Below are positions 27,778-39,168 of a stretch of 64,000 nt of DNA, piece by piece. Origin of the DNA: Trichoplax adhaerens (taxonomy: Eukaryota; Animalia; Placozoa); the NCBI RefSeq assembly GCF_000150275.1, contig NW_002060951.1:2242297-2306296 (forward strand), read 5' to 3'. The position numbers and the translations under genes are program-made. The notes under the pieces are model-generated. The model ran no database searches and had not been told where the DNA came from. It saw nothing but the letters and a program-made list of their open reading frames with translations. How positions within the stretch are numbered: position 1 is the stretch's first letter; each line of letters begins with the position of its first letter.

Positions 27778-30700
27778 TTATCTTCTCCATCTGAAAAAAT
27801 GAAATAAAATATTTCTTCAATGATATAACGTAAATTTACAACTAAGTAGCTATATCACAAAAATCTATAAGCATACAATTTCAGAACTCTATCTTTTCCT
27901 CCACTTGCAACTTTTTCTCCATCAGGGCTCCAATCAATAGCATAAACCTGTTAAAATGGAATTAGAACGTTGCAATTGGATGACTTATAAAACCTTTCAC
28001 ATACATAAAAGATATTGCAACTAACCTCATCAGCATGACCCGGTAAATCCATGTGTAACTTCTTACTCTTCACATCCCATACCTGTCATAAGTATTACAC
28101 ATTACTGAAAAGTATACTGACGGTATTATCATGAGATAAATAACATGACACCTACTTTTAATGTGCTGTCTGCACTGCTACTCAAAAACAGCCGACTGTC
28201 AGCTGACCAAGACACCTAAAACAATTTATAAGTTGTTATCTTTAAAAGCCTATGAATGCATGTTTAATTAAGTAATCTGTAATTAGGGGAACCTGATACA
28301 CTGACTTTACATGGCCACGTAAAGATGTAATGAATCTAAGTATGGCAGAAGAGTATGTATAAGTCTCTAGCTATCGTGATAGCAATAATCTAAAGCTTTA
28401 ATTGGTAAGTGAATCAAGTCATCCAACTATCAACATTCGGTCATACCTTCCAGTGATGCCATCCCATAGTTTAACCGATTTATCAAAGGAAGCGCTGGCA
28501 ATTAACCGCGTGTCCGGCGAAAAGCATACCATATTTACAAGTTGTTGATGACCTACGATTAAGCAGTAATACACAACAAACGACGGATTGATTTAGTAGC
28601 GAGTCAGTTTCTAAAATAAAATATTATACCCATAAACGGATCATTCCGTACCCGTCATGCGAGCTATCGGCGTTTTTTCTTTAGCAGGATGCCATAAAAA
28701 CAAAGTGTAATCGTCAGATCCAGAAACCATAAGTTCTTTCCCCGTTAGTTTCTGTTATATGAGTGAATCAATTGTTAGTAAAGTTATATGATTATTTTCA
28801 GCTACTCTAAAATAATCTTCCAAAACTGTAATGCCCAATTGCGGTAAAATAAATTGTACAGACATACGAGAGCTAAGTTATATTTTTGAAGGGATTTTTC
28901 TTGACGATTTTTCTCTGTTGTGAAAAGTAACAATATTATCAGTTAGGCACCCGAATATCAAAAGTAAATTTCATATAGGAACACATTAAGACTCATATCT
29001 TACTTCCTCCTACTAATAATTTCTCTCCCTTAGCCGGATCATATGCACCAATACGCATGGCGTAGTCCGTATTTAAAGCCATAGTGTTAACCTATAAAAT
29101 TAAAATATCGAAGGTATAAATAATAATAAACATAAATAAAATCAGGGATTACTGTTCCAATATCGTTTACGCGTATAAATGATATTAAATACTATTAAAG
29201 TAGGATTACACACCCAATGTCCATGACCTTGAAGGGTTCTGCATAAAATTCCCTAATTTAATTACAGTTATGTAACATTTATTTTTAATAAAATATTTTA
29301 ATAGTCGATATAATTAGTTTACAAGTTTAAAAATACTAAAGTCAACTTTAATGCATCACTAACATCGCTCGCCCTCCAAACTTTTATAGTTCTGTCTTGG
29401 GAAGAAGTATATATTAAACCTTCACCGCCCCATTTCACACAAGTGACACATTGTAGATGTCCAGAAAGTACATATTTCGTTATACCAGTTACGGTATCCC
29501 ATACTCGTACAGAAGCATCCTATCGTACATACAGTAAGCTACGTTTATAAGTGCGCGAATAACTGATTTAAACTCTATAATGCCATATGAATAACTAGCC
29601 TTCGAAGAACTTGCTAAAAAGCGGCAGTCGGAATCTCTATTAAAACATCGTAATTGAGAAAAAATTATGTATGGTAGAACAAACATAATTTACTTATGAT
29701 TGCGGATTAAAAGAGTACTTAGTCTAGCGTACTATTCTACTGTGTAACGAACTTGTGCATAGGTTCCCAGCTTAAGTAAGTAATCCACTGTTTGTGTCCT
29801 ACTAAAACGTGCCCAATCTGTTTTCCGGTTTTGGGATCCCATAGGCAAATCTATACATAAATTTTATTTCCATTAAAAAGCTCCAATTGATCAGGTATCG
29901 CTAAACAGTGATATTAGCAGATATACACAACACTACAGTAAAATTTATAACATACCTCTCCTTTCTTACATCCTGAAGCTAACTTTTCTCCATCTGGTGA
30001 CCAAGCAATAGATAGTATCCAATGTTTATGACCTGTAGAGTCATAACATGCAAGTTAGCATACGAATTTAAATCATTCCAGAAATTTCATTACAGGTACA
30101 TGAGATAAACCTTTGCAAGTATAATCTGGAGTTTCGGTATTGATGTCCCAAAATCTAACCGTAGTATCACCAGATCCACTTGCAAGGTAGCTAAAAGACA
30201 AAAGAATTTTCAAATTCGACTTTATCCACGGTTCTTCTTATCAGATAACTATTTACAGTAGTTACCTGCCATCAGGACTGTAGGCAACAGATATTACAGC
30301 TTCGGTATGACCTGGTACGAAACGGCAATCATCAATAATTTATAACACGCGTACATTAAATGGCCTGAAATAGATTTACATGACACTACAACAATTAAAG
30401 GTCAAATATTAAGCATTCTATTTGCTTGTACTATACCTGGTAAAGTACTACTACATCGTGTAACTGACTTAACCCGAAATACGGCCTGAGGTTGGTAAAC
30501 TATCTCTATAATACTTTCTGTATCAACATTTTTTGCAGTGATAGTAGTTTGCAGGTCATCCAATATTTCTTCATTATTGAGATAAAAAGCGTAAGGTGTT
30601 GAATCATCCTACATTACAGGGATTACAAGTGAGTATAGCTTATTTAGACAAATCGACGATAATACATACTTAATTATAAATTCTATTTTTCAAAGTCGAA

Positions 30701-32073
30701 AAACTCAGCTGAATAGATAACCATAATACAATCTTACCTCATTTATAACAGCATTACAAATCAATTGAAGGCGTTTGACATCTACTTCGATCGGGACGTC
30801 TAGGGGAGAACCGACTAATTCGCCAGTTTCGCTCTTGAATTGCACTAAAATACGTTTATCTGTATTCGAGCTTGGATCACTAGTGGAATACAGTACGTTA
30901 GTAAAGTGAAACCATTTCAGATGTATCGCACAAATTTAACGTTTAGCGGAAGTATGATTAATAATATGAAAACATACTGTACATTGCAGCACAGTAATAT
31001 AATATAAGAACTGTTAAATTATCATTGCAAATAAAATTGACTTGTTTGATAAGCATTTATACGTAGTAGCATCTATCATTGGTCAAAAGTATAATAAATG
31101 TCCTTGTATATGGTAGTACGTATACCAATAACTGGTTTCTACTGTTATTAACGGAATAAAAATAATGTAAGAATTGCAAATCTTAGTATATCAAAGCATC
31201 GTACCGTACCTACAGTATGATCAGAAATTTATTTCTATACGAAGACACCTTAAACATGAATGTTCTACAGGTACAGTAATGAATAGAGATGCAACTAGTG
31301 ACAACCTGACAACATGTCCTCGTGATTGATGATAAAATTAGGTTATCTCATTGAGATATTATAATGATATATATACTAATTAATGCATCATTGACATCGA
31401 GATTTACAGTAAATATATCATCGGTGAACTGATCTGAGCTTGTTGCAGTTGCATCTTACAATGCATACACTATTCTACTGTATAAGATCCTTAAAAGGTG
31501 TGAGCTCATTATTGCAACTCGTTTTATATTCATATTTCGCAACACAATGTCCTAAAAGTAAGTCATTATAATACATCCAAATGCAGTACAGTACGCAGTA
31601 AATATTGAAGACTCATTGACAAGGTAAGCTTTTAAGACTGCAATCAATGCGCCTAACAGTCACTCATTAATAACTGATAAAATCAATAAATCAGTACTTG
31701 CAAACTACAGTATGTGTACAAATGGAAGTACAATGTAATCGGATTATAATTACGGTATTTATCAGTCGTATTACAGAACTACCTATCTTCCAATTCAATA
31801 TGTTACAGTGTTACTGGACAAGTACACATGCTCTACAATTCCGTTAGCCATATAAATTGGTGTAATTAATCATGGCATCAAACATGTTTCCCTGTTCTAA
31901 GGCATGTTTCTAGCTTTCAGAGTTTTGAAGTCTACAAGCATTTGCATAAGCGTTTTTGCATTGCTGGGTGGTGAGTTGTGCTGCACCAAACTCAAACGGA
32001 TACAGTACTACACGAAAGATTGAAAAACATTCTACAGCTATCCCAAGCAAGGCAAATCAACAGCTAACCTCAT
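27778..32073 (-). CDS. NLE1: Notchless protein homolog 1 (NLE domain plus WD40 repeats; ribosome biogenesis), about 18 exons
   Basis: The exons encode KRILVQFKSETGELVGSPLDVP, IVYQPQAVFRVKSVTRC, LASGSGDTTVRFWD, SWEPMH, MVSGSDDYTLFLW and VYAIDWSPDGEKVASGGKDRVLKLWRR*. The start at 32073 relies on an inferred 5-nt first coding exon (ATG AG|gttagc) and is less certain. Confidence 0.92.
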
Positions 32074-32194
32074 AATGTCATGGAAATTTATCGTTAATCG
32101 TTCAGCTTTAAAAAATATTACCAAATTTACACATCTAATCTACCATGTACAGCAGTGTCTGCAACTTAGCAACTTCTTTATTTCACTTCGAAGT

Positions 32195-32910
32195 AGAGTA
32201 CTGTACGTACTGTACACTGTACAGTACAGTACAGTCACCTCACTTGACTGTACGCTTGCACAGTAGCCAAAAAATTTTAAATTTCATAGTGTTCACTGTA
32301 CTGTACAGTGTACAGTACTGTAAGTTGGAGTACTTTGTACTGTACTGTACTGTACTGTACGTTCAAGACTAAACTGCACGTGCCAACAAATCGATATTGT
32401 GATGTGACGTGGCGACTAAAAGCGTACAGTATTCCAGTACTGTATTGTACTGTACTGTACTGTAGTGCTGTGCAATGAGTGTCCATACAGTACAGTACAC
32501 TGTACAGAACAGTACAACTTCTCGTTAACGAATGATCTCGATAAATTTCTTTTTCTTTCTCATACTGTACTGTACACTGTACGTAGCGAAATGGATCAGC
32601 GCGATTATTTGATGTATACAATATTTTATCTTGCCAAACTATAAACTACTGCACTTTAAGCAGATATACAGTTTTATGGGTTTTATTCGAAAATAAATCA
32701 TAAAAATATTCACTGACTTATCTAGAAAGAAATTCTACACCATGTACTGTACAGTAAATGAAAGGGAAGATCTACTGTACTGTACACTGTACTGTACGTA
32801 CTGTATAGTACTGTACTGTAATGGATGAGTTGATATTCGTATTACTGTACTGTACTGTACAGTACAGTACAGTACAGTATAATACTGTACCGTACAGTAC
32901 AGCTGTAGTA
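32195..32910. repeat. Large TACAG/TACTG mixed array in the NLE1/TMED2 bidirectional promoter
   Basis: Dozens of tactg, tacag, tacactg and tacagtg units in both orientations lie between the two start codons. Confidence 0.9.
32661..32775 (+). repeat. Dispersed promoter repeat, copy 1 (homologous to 37787-37940)
   Basis: gttttattcgaaaataaatcataaaaatattcactgacttatctagaaagaaattctacaccatgta aligns colinearly with the copy at about 37809-37887. Confidence 0.85.
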
Positions 32911-33019
32911 ACCCATCGAAGGCTTTTTACTGTAGCCTTATTATGATATTTTTTATCATATGAGATTGATAAAGAAGGCTAGAAGTAGCTGTAATTTAGA
33001 ATAAGAGTAGCTAAGCAAG

Positions 33020-35093
33020 ATGAAATCCTGTAAAATATTGGTTGCTATCTTACTACTCTTCGTCAGTAACTGCCATGGATACATGGTTCGCATTGATGCT
33101 GATTCAGAAGAATGTTTTACGGAGAAAGTTAGCGGCGGTTCTAAAATGGAACTAACTTTCGAAGTTTCGGAGGGTGGTTTCCTGGACATTGATATCAAGG
33201 TAAAGCTTTTTAATTCATTATATTGTATATTATCCTACAATACGTAGCAGTAACCGAGAATTATGAATTTAATTTTCGCTTCTTTCTCATTTTACTCTTT
33301 ACTATTAAGTCTGTAACGAATACCATAGTTAAAAAAAGGATATTTACAGCTTCTCATGGTACTTAGTTACAGCACTGTACAGTGTACACTATACTTTACT
33401 CTACTGTACTGTAATTCACGTACGTCTAAAAACGGAGACGCTTTAATAAAGGACAAGAAAGGGCAATTTATAACTCAATGGATTGGATACATCTAGAATG
33501 TACAATTTATACTGTAACATTGGAAACTGTTATTCATACATCCGTAATGTTTTAAATTTGGGAGTAAAGCATTTGGAAACTTCAACCGTATGTACAGTAC
33601 AGTACAATACAGTTACGATTCCAGCTAAAGATGCCATCATTACTTTGTTCTCTGTCAGTTGCATACAATAAATACATTAATCGAAGATTTAAGATTAAAA
33701 TGGATAAAAAATGTTGAATTTTTGGCTGTAGCATAACTCTGCAAATACAGCTTTTTTCGATTACAGAAGCTCATAGTCGGATTTACGCAGAATTATCATC
33801 AGATTTACGATAAAGAAATTATTATAAAAATGTTGTAGCCTGCTATATTATATTGTCCTCACATAATCCAAGATATGCCGAAGTAGAGATACTAATGACT
33901 TTTGTAGCGGTGAATATAGCGCAATATCAGTAAAATATACAGTAACTTAAAGCCATTTGACTCTAGGATACTTGATCATATCTGCATCCATGATATATTA
34001 TACTCTATGACGCAGTATACAGTAACTAATTGTAAGAATGTTATAATTTGGCTAAAAGATACATGTGAGACAGTGGTTGCTCTTTTGAACTAGTATCTCC
34101 ACTAATATGCGGACGTAGTGGAAACACTATACTGTACAGTAATGTATTTTGCAGGAATCCTAACCGTACCGTATCTAGCACCATATTATCTGCGTTGCGA
34201 AAGTGATGTCGCATTGCATGAAATTTTAAGTCACTAATGTCTACTTTTAAACCTTCAAAAGGTGACAGCACCAGATGGTAGTGATATCTATCGTGGAGAA
34301 CGTGAATCAAGTGGCAAATATGTCTTCGCGGCGCCTGTGGATGGTGTCTACACTTACTGTTTTGGTAACAAAATGTCAACTCTTACTCCAAAAACGGTAG
34401 TGTTTTCGTTAGAGGTTGAAGTAAGAAAAGATCCTGCTGCTGTCAAAGACGACGAAAAAGATAAAGACGGTATCAACCAATAGGAAATAGCTTTACTAAA
34501 TTACGTTCTGTTTTATGCTTTACTGCCTAATCTCTATTGTACAGTATATATGAAGCTGTAGTTCTTATACTATTACTGTAAGATTGCGGGACAATCAGGC
34601 ACGACAATGCTCGTACTACATTAAACTCTTATGGAACGACCTTCATTTAATGATCTCATGTTTTACTATTATACCATAGCCAACCACAGCCAGCTCGATA
34701 GTATGCTTACTCAGCTATCGGTTTCACTCAGCAGTGTTAAACATGAACAAGAATACATGCAAATTCGAGAAAGAATACATCGGGAGAGTAAGTTATCAAA
34801 AACCAGTATGATTACGTATGCTTAACATTGCAAATGCGATATTCGCACTGTGTGTGGTATGTTACCGTTTCAAATGTTGACTATTTCCATACAAAATGAT
34901 ATGTGGATTGGTACGTACAGTATTTAATGTTACTAATGAAGTAAATTTATCTTTTAAATTTTATTTAGTCAACGATAATACGAACTCAAGAGTTGTGTGG
35001 TGGTCGTTCTTTGAAAGTCTTATTTTGGTATTTATGACCCTTGGCCAAGTATATTATCTGAAAAGATTCTTCGAAGTCAGAAGGGTTATCTAA
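33020..35093 (+). CDS. TMED2: Transmembrane emp24 domain protein 2 (p24 beta), 4 exons
   Basis: Exons 33020-33199, 34262-34469, 34680-34787 and 34969-35093. They encode a signal peptide, a GOLD domain ([26 protein letters not shown]), a coiled coil ([16 protein letters not shown]), and a TM segment with the tail [12 protein letters not shown]. Confidence 0.95.
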
Positions 35094-35794
35094 TCATTTG
35101 ATGTGATATTACCTGATTAATGCGAAATACAACTAATATAAAGATTTTTAATAGCTTTGTTTACCAATGTATAAAGCTATTCAAGATATATTTTTGGTTA
35201 TTGCTAAAAATTTACCTGGCTTATTATCTATCATAATAATCCAGGATAGTTGGTATGACTTTGTATTTATGTATTGGACCGTTTAGCATTTAAGGTAGAT
35301 TTCATGTGAAAGGTTCCTAAACTTGAATGTAGGAAACTGCATTTGAAAGGATGAGACACATTAAATATGAAAAGCACGCTTAATCAATTCATAGTTCCCA
35401 TCATTTAGTGTTTAAACAGTTCGTGCGTGGCCACTGAAAAATTCTTGGAATTGTTCCATGAATCAGGGTTTGTCCAGTTGACCCATCTTTTCTTTTCTAG
35501 ATGTTTATTAGTCATTTTAGCTGCAATTAACATCTGTTAATAAAGCACCACCTTGATCCAATTAGACTAATTTATATCATTTTAATCATAACCAACTCAT
35601 AATCCGCCACAACGGTTGATCAAATCTATTCTAAAAGTATTTAGACCGCAGCTTTCACCTTATATTTACATGTGTGCCTTAGCTGAAGAACTAATAAGCA
35701 TAGAATTGCGGCGAAACAAAAAACAACGTGCCGTATCTTCAAGTACAAAAGCTAAAAATAATTCAGTGATATTATGTTATTACAAAAGATTTCA

Positions 35795-37297
35795 TTATTG
35801 GATAATCTTATAGTTCTGCCGAGGTTCATTAAGAAGAATCCCATTTCTCCGGAAAGCTCTGATAAATGCAACAGTCTACGAAGAAGGAAATTAAAACATT
35901 GTGAATGATATAAGCAACTATATCAAAGAATCACAGTTGCAAAATTTGCATAGTTTACAAAGCGAACAGAAATTTACGTTAATATTACTAGTTAAGAGTA
36001 CACTATGCACTGAGAAGCAGTAAATTGATGATTACCTTTTTACTTCGTTGTTTTGTCAAGATACGGTCAACAATTAATCGTTCGATACCTGCCGCATGAC
36101 ATCGTTGTGCAAGCACACGACCAATATTTTCTGCTGCAGCTACGTCGCTAGTTTTATATAAATGCCTTGCTATTGGAAATTCTTTCGTAGAAGCACTAGC
36201 AACCCGATGTCCATCTCGATGGCATACATAAGCACTGATGTGCCAGTTGGAAATTTCCAAATGTGCTCTGAAAGGGATTATATTTCGCAGATCAGTATTA
36301 CGTAGCATACACTATCCTGTCGAATAAGTTCATATAGTAAACGGGGTGCAATGAACATAGATCGCTGAAGTACAGTTTTATAGCCTTTTAAGGACACGTA
36401 TTGCGTATTTTTTCTCGGTATAGAGCTGCAGCCCCTAATTCAATTTCTCATCTACAGTAGATGGTTATAACACTGCACCGAGGGTTATTTCTTTAATTCA
36501 CCGTTATAAGCACACGCTTTAACGTTAAAAGGCAACAAGGGATCCACTTGCACTCCGAAATATTGAGCCAACATTTAGTTAAAGTGCAGAGCTGTGCTTA
36601 TTACAGTGTACGAGATAAATTACGCACACTGCATGTTGCACTATATTTACAGTGCGTTTATCATCAGTCCGTTAAGTTCAAACTTCGAAGTACGCGTTTG
36701 TATAATTTAGGATTAAGCTACTAGCCAATAAAATCAGTATACGCGTAAAAGTCATTTATCTTGATGAGATAAGTACTGTACTGTAACATAATACTACATG
36801 GTGTTTGTAAGATCTCACTACCTTGTTATGTTGATAGCAAATAGTTCAAATAGTAGGTTTAACTAATTATAGTACAGCATAGTATTACAGTATCCTCTTT
36901 CCATGTGTCAGCAGAACCCCATAATCACATTGCACGGTGAATTAATACTGAATCTTTCATTAGACTCTACATTTGCATCAAAGTGTAAAAAATTAGGATC
37001 AGATTCTTACTTGTGGTAATAGTCCTGCCTTATCGGATTTGTTCCATAACCTCTTGCCTTCGGTGCTAAGGCCATCAATTCTAAATTACGCGGATTACGA
37101 TTATTAAAAACGGTAGCATATTTTAATTGTTTCGTCCCATCTTCTTTATCCATCATATCATCACTTGAGGAATACTTTGCAGCTGGTTTCAATGTGTTTG
37201 CTATAGTGCTTGTCGAAAGTGCCCGATAACCAAAGAACATCGTATTTGAAATGTTCATGAGCAATCGATGACCTATGCAAGTCGGTAGCGAAGACAT
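35795..37297 (-). CDS. MRPL18: Mitochondrial ribosomal protein L18 (uL18m), 3 exons
   Basis: Exons 37297-37011, 36267-36036 and 35875-35795. The product has NRNPRNLELMALA..GY, VASASTKEFPIARHLYKTSDVAAAENIGRVLAQRC and a mitochondrial-type N-terminus. Confidence 0.92.
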
Positions 37298-37786
37298 TTC
37301 TATACCATTAGTACTAGACACAGTTGATAAAATTGGATAAAGCAGAACACAAATTCACAACAGCGGAAGCAGCAATCTACACGACTTTGCTCCTTGCAAT
37401 GAAATAAAGCTAGACCCACCCGGACTACGCTAAACCAGCTTTTAACAGTACAGTTGCAGTTGTGCCGTAACCGTAGCCAGCAGACTGGCTGGCAGGTTGC
37501 GGTGCTGTGGTAGTGCGGACGGATGGACAGTGAGTACTGTACAGCGTGTATGGGTGCTTACATTAAATTTGGATCATTCAACAATAACTAAATGAGCACC
37601 AACAAAAATGGTCGATTCGCAATAGTTACAGGGAAATTAATCCTACAATACTAAAGTTATAGGCTGCAGAAGTTTTGATAAGTGTACAGTTCAATGTACA
37701 ACGTGAAGAATTTCAATCCAGATTTTTCAAAATGAAATAAAGTGGCCGAAAATTGATCGACTTTATTTAAATTTTATATAAATCAT

Positions 37787-38000
37787 ACATATAAAGTTTG
37801 TTTTACAGGTTTTATTTCGAAAATAAACCATAAAAATATGCACTGATTACTCTACTGTACAGTAGAAAAGAAATCCTACACAATGTAGAGTTTACAGTGT
37901 ACAGTACAGTACAGGCTAAAAAATGATCGAAGAGGATCTCCCGCTTGGCAAGGAGTTTTTACTGGCATTATACGCCAGCATATTGTACAGTGTACACTCG
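37787..38000 (+). repeat. Dispersed promoter repeat, copy 2, plus a TACAG array between MRPL18 and the RILPL gene
   Basis: gttttatttcgaaaataaaccataaaaatatgcactgattactcta[ctgtacagta]gaaaagaaatcctacacaatgta is homologous to 32680-32746. Confidence 0.85.
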
Positions 38001-39168
38001 GTGTAGGGTACAGTGTATAAGAATATTTAAACACAAGGCAATATATAGTACTGCCACAGTAATACGAGTATGTCACTTTAGCTTACCAATGTCAATTTCT
38101 ATCATGAAATAAATAGCTTCTATATTACTATAGTATATCACGGTTAGTTTAAACTAGCCCATTCGTATATGGAACATAGCTGTTGTACGTATGTCGGTTA
38201 CTGCCAGTAATAATTTTTTTTGATGAGTGAATTCATTAAAAATCGTACTTTAGCAGTATAAGAATCAAAGCATTATTACTGATAATTAATCTACAAAAAA
38301 AAGATTTTATTCCCTGTCCATTCTGTGCATTTAATAGCTTTAATAGTTTTAATCAATGGTGAGATATTAAAGGTATTACAGAGCAGTTTCGGGAACTTCA
38401 GATTTCTTTTCAGAAATCCTTGGAATCACTTTGAACCTTTTAATTTCCTCCATAACTGGCATACCAATTTTGATTGATGGGTACTTTAAACGCTACTTGC
38501 AATTGCGATCAATGTCCTCTAGAAAGCAGCATAACATGAGCTTCACTAAGAACCAAATATTCTACAATAGTTAAATAACGTAGGAAAATAGTTATTTTTA
38601 TGTCGACACAAACATTTTCGATCACTAAATCTTGAAAATTTAAAATATAATTAAATAAAAGTAAGCGTAACTAAAAGAGTAGCGGCATTAGTTCATGAGT
38701 TAAATGAATATTTTAATTCAAGTTGTAAGTGGATTGTAGTGATTCATTCTTCAAAATGTATGACGTTCTCCTGAACACATTTACCTTAGCACGCCAATAC
38801 CATCTTGCGGTTCGATTTTTACCACTATGATTGGTCGATTGCGTTGTCATGATAATGTGTTCATTGATTAACATAAATATTTAGAAAATGAATAATATAT
38901 TATATCGCCCACCGTCTTTAGTTTTGGCATGCTATTGTCTTCTCGTGAGACAGCCCAAATATTTTGCATGGATACAGTATATAGTACTGTAGTCATAATA
39001 ATATTAAACAGTAATATTCCTTTCTTTTTTATAATCTTAAGCAATATCCAGTATTTAGTGATCAGTCACTGTCAATTTTATCGATTAGTTATCGGTACAC
39101 GCTTGATGATATAGTGTAATTTTTTAATTTCGTCTTTTCTCTCAGTAATTGCGAAGTAAATTACTATT

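Noticed and set aside
31327-31437. C/D-box-like pair (TGATGA...CTGA) within NLE1 intron 1
   Set aside because: It lies on the strand opposite the host gene, has a weak terminal stem, and has no recognisable rRNA guide.
32075-32621. ORFs rich in YCTVLYSTVQ (also 37876-38076, 48460-48678, 55739-55939)
   Set aside because: These are translations of the TACAG/TACTG arrays, which are poor in stop codons; they are not genes.
32195-32910. CRISPR-like or satellite interpretation of the arrays
   Set aside because: There is no constant 25-45 bp repeat with unique spacers and no cas genes, the context is eukaryotic, and the units are only 5-8 bp.
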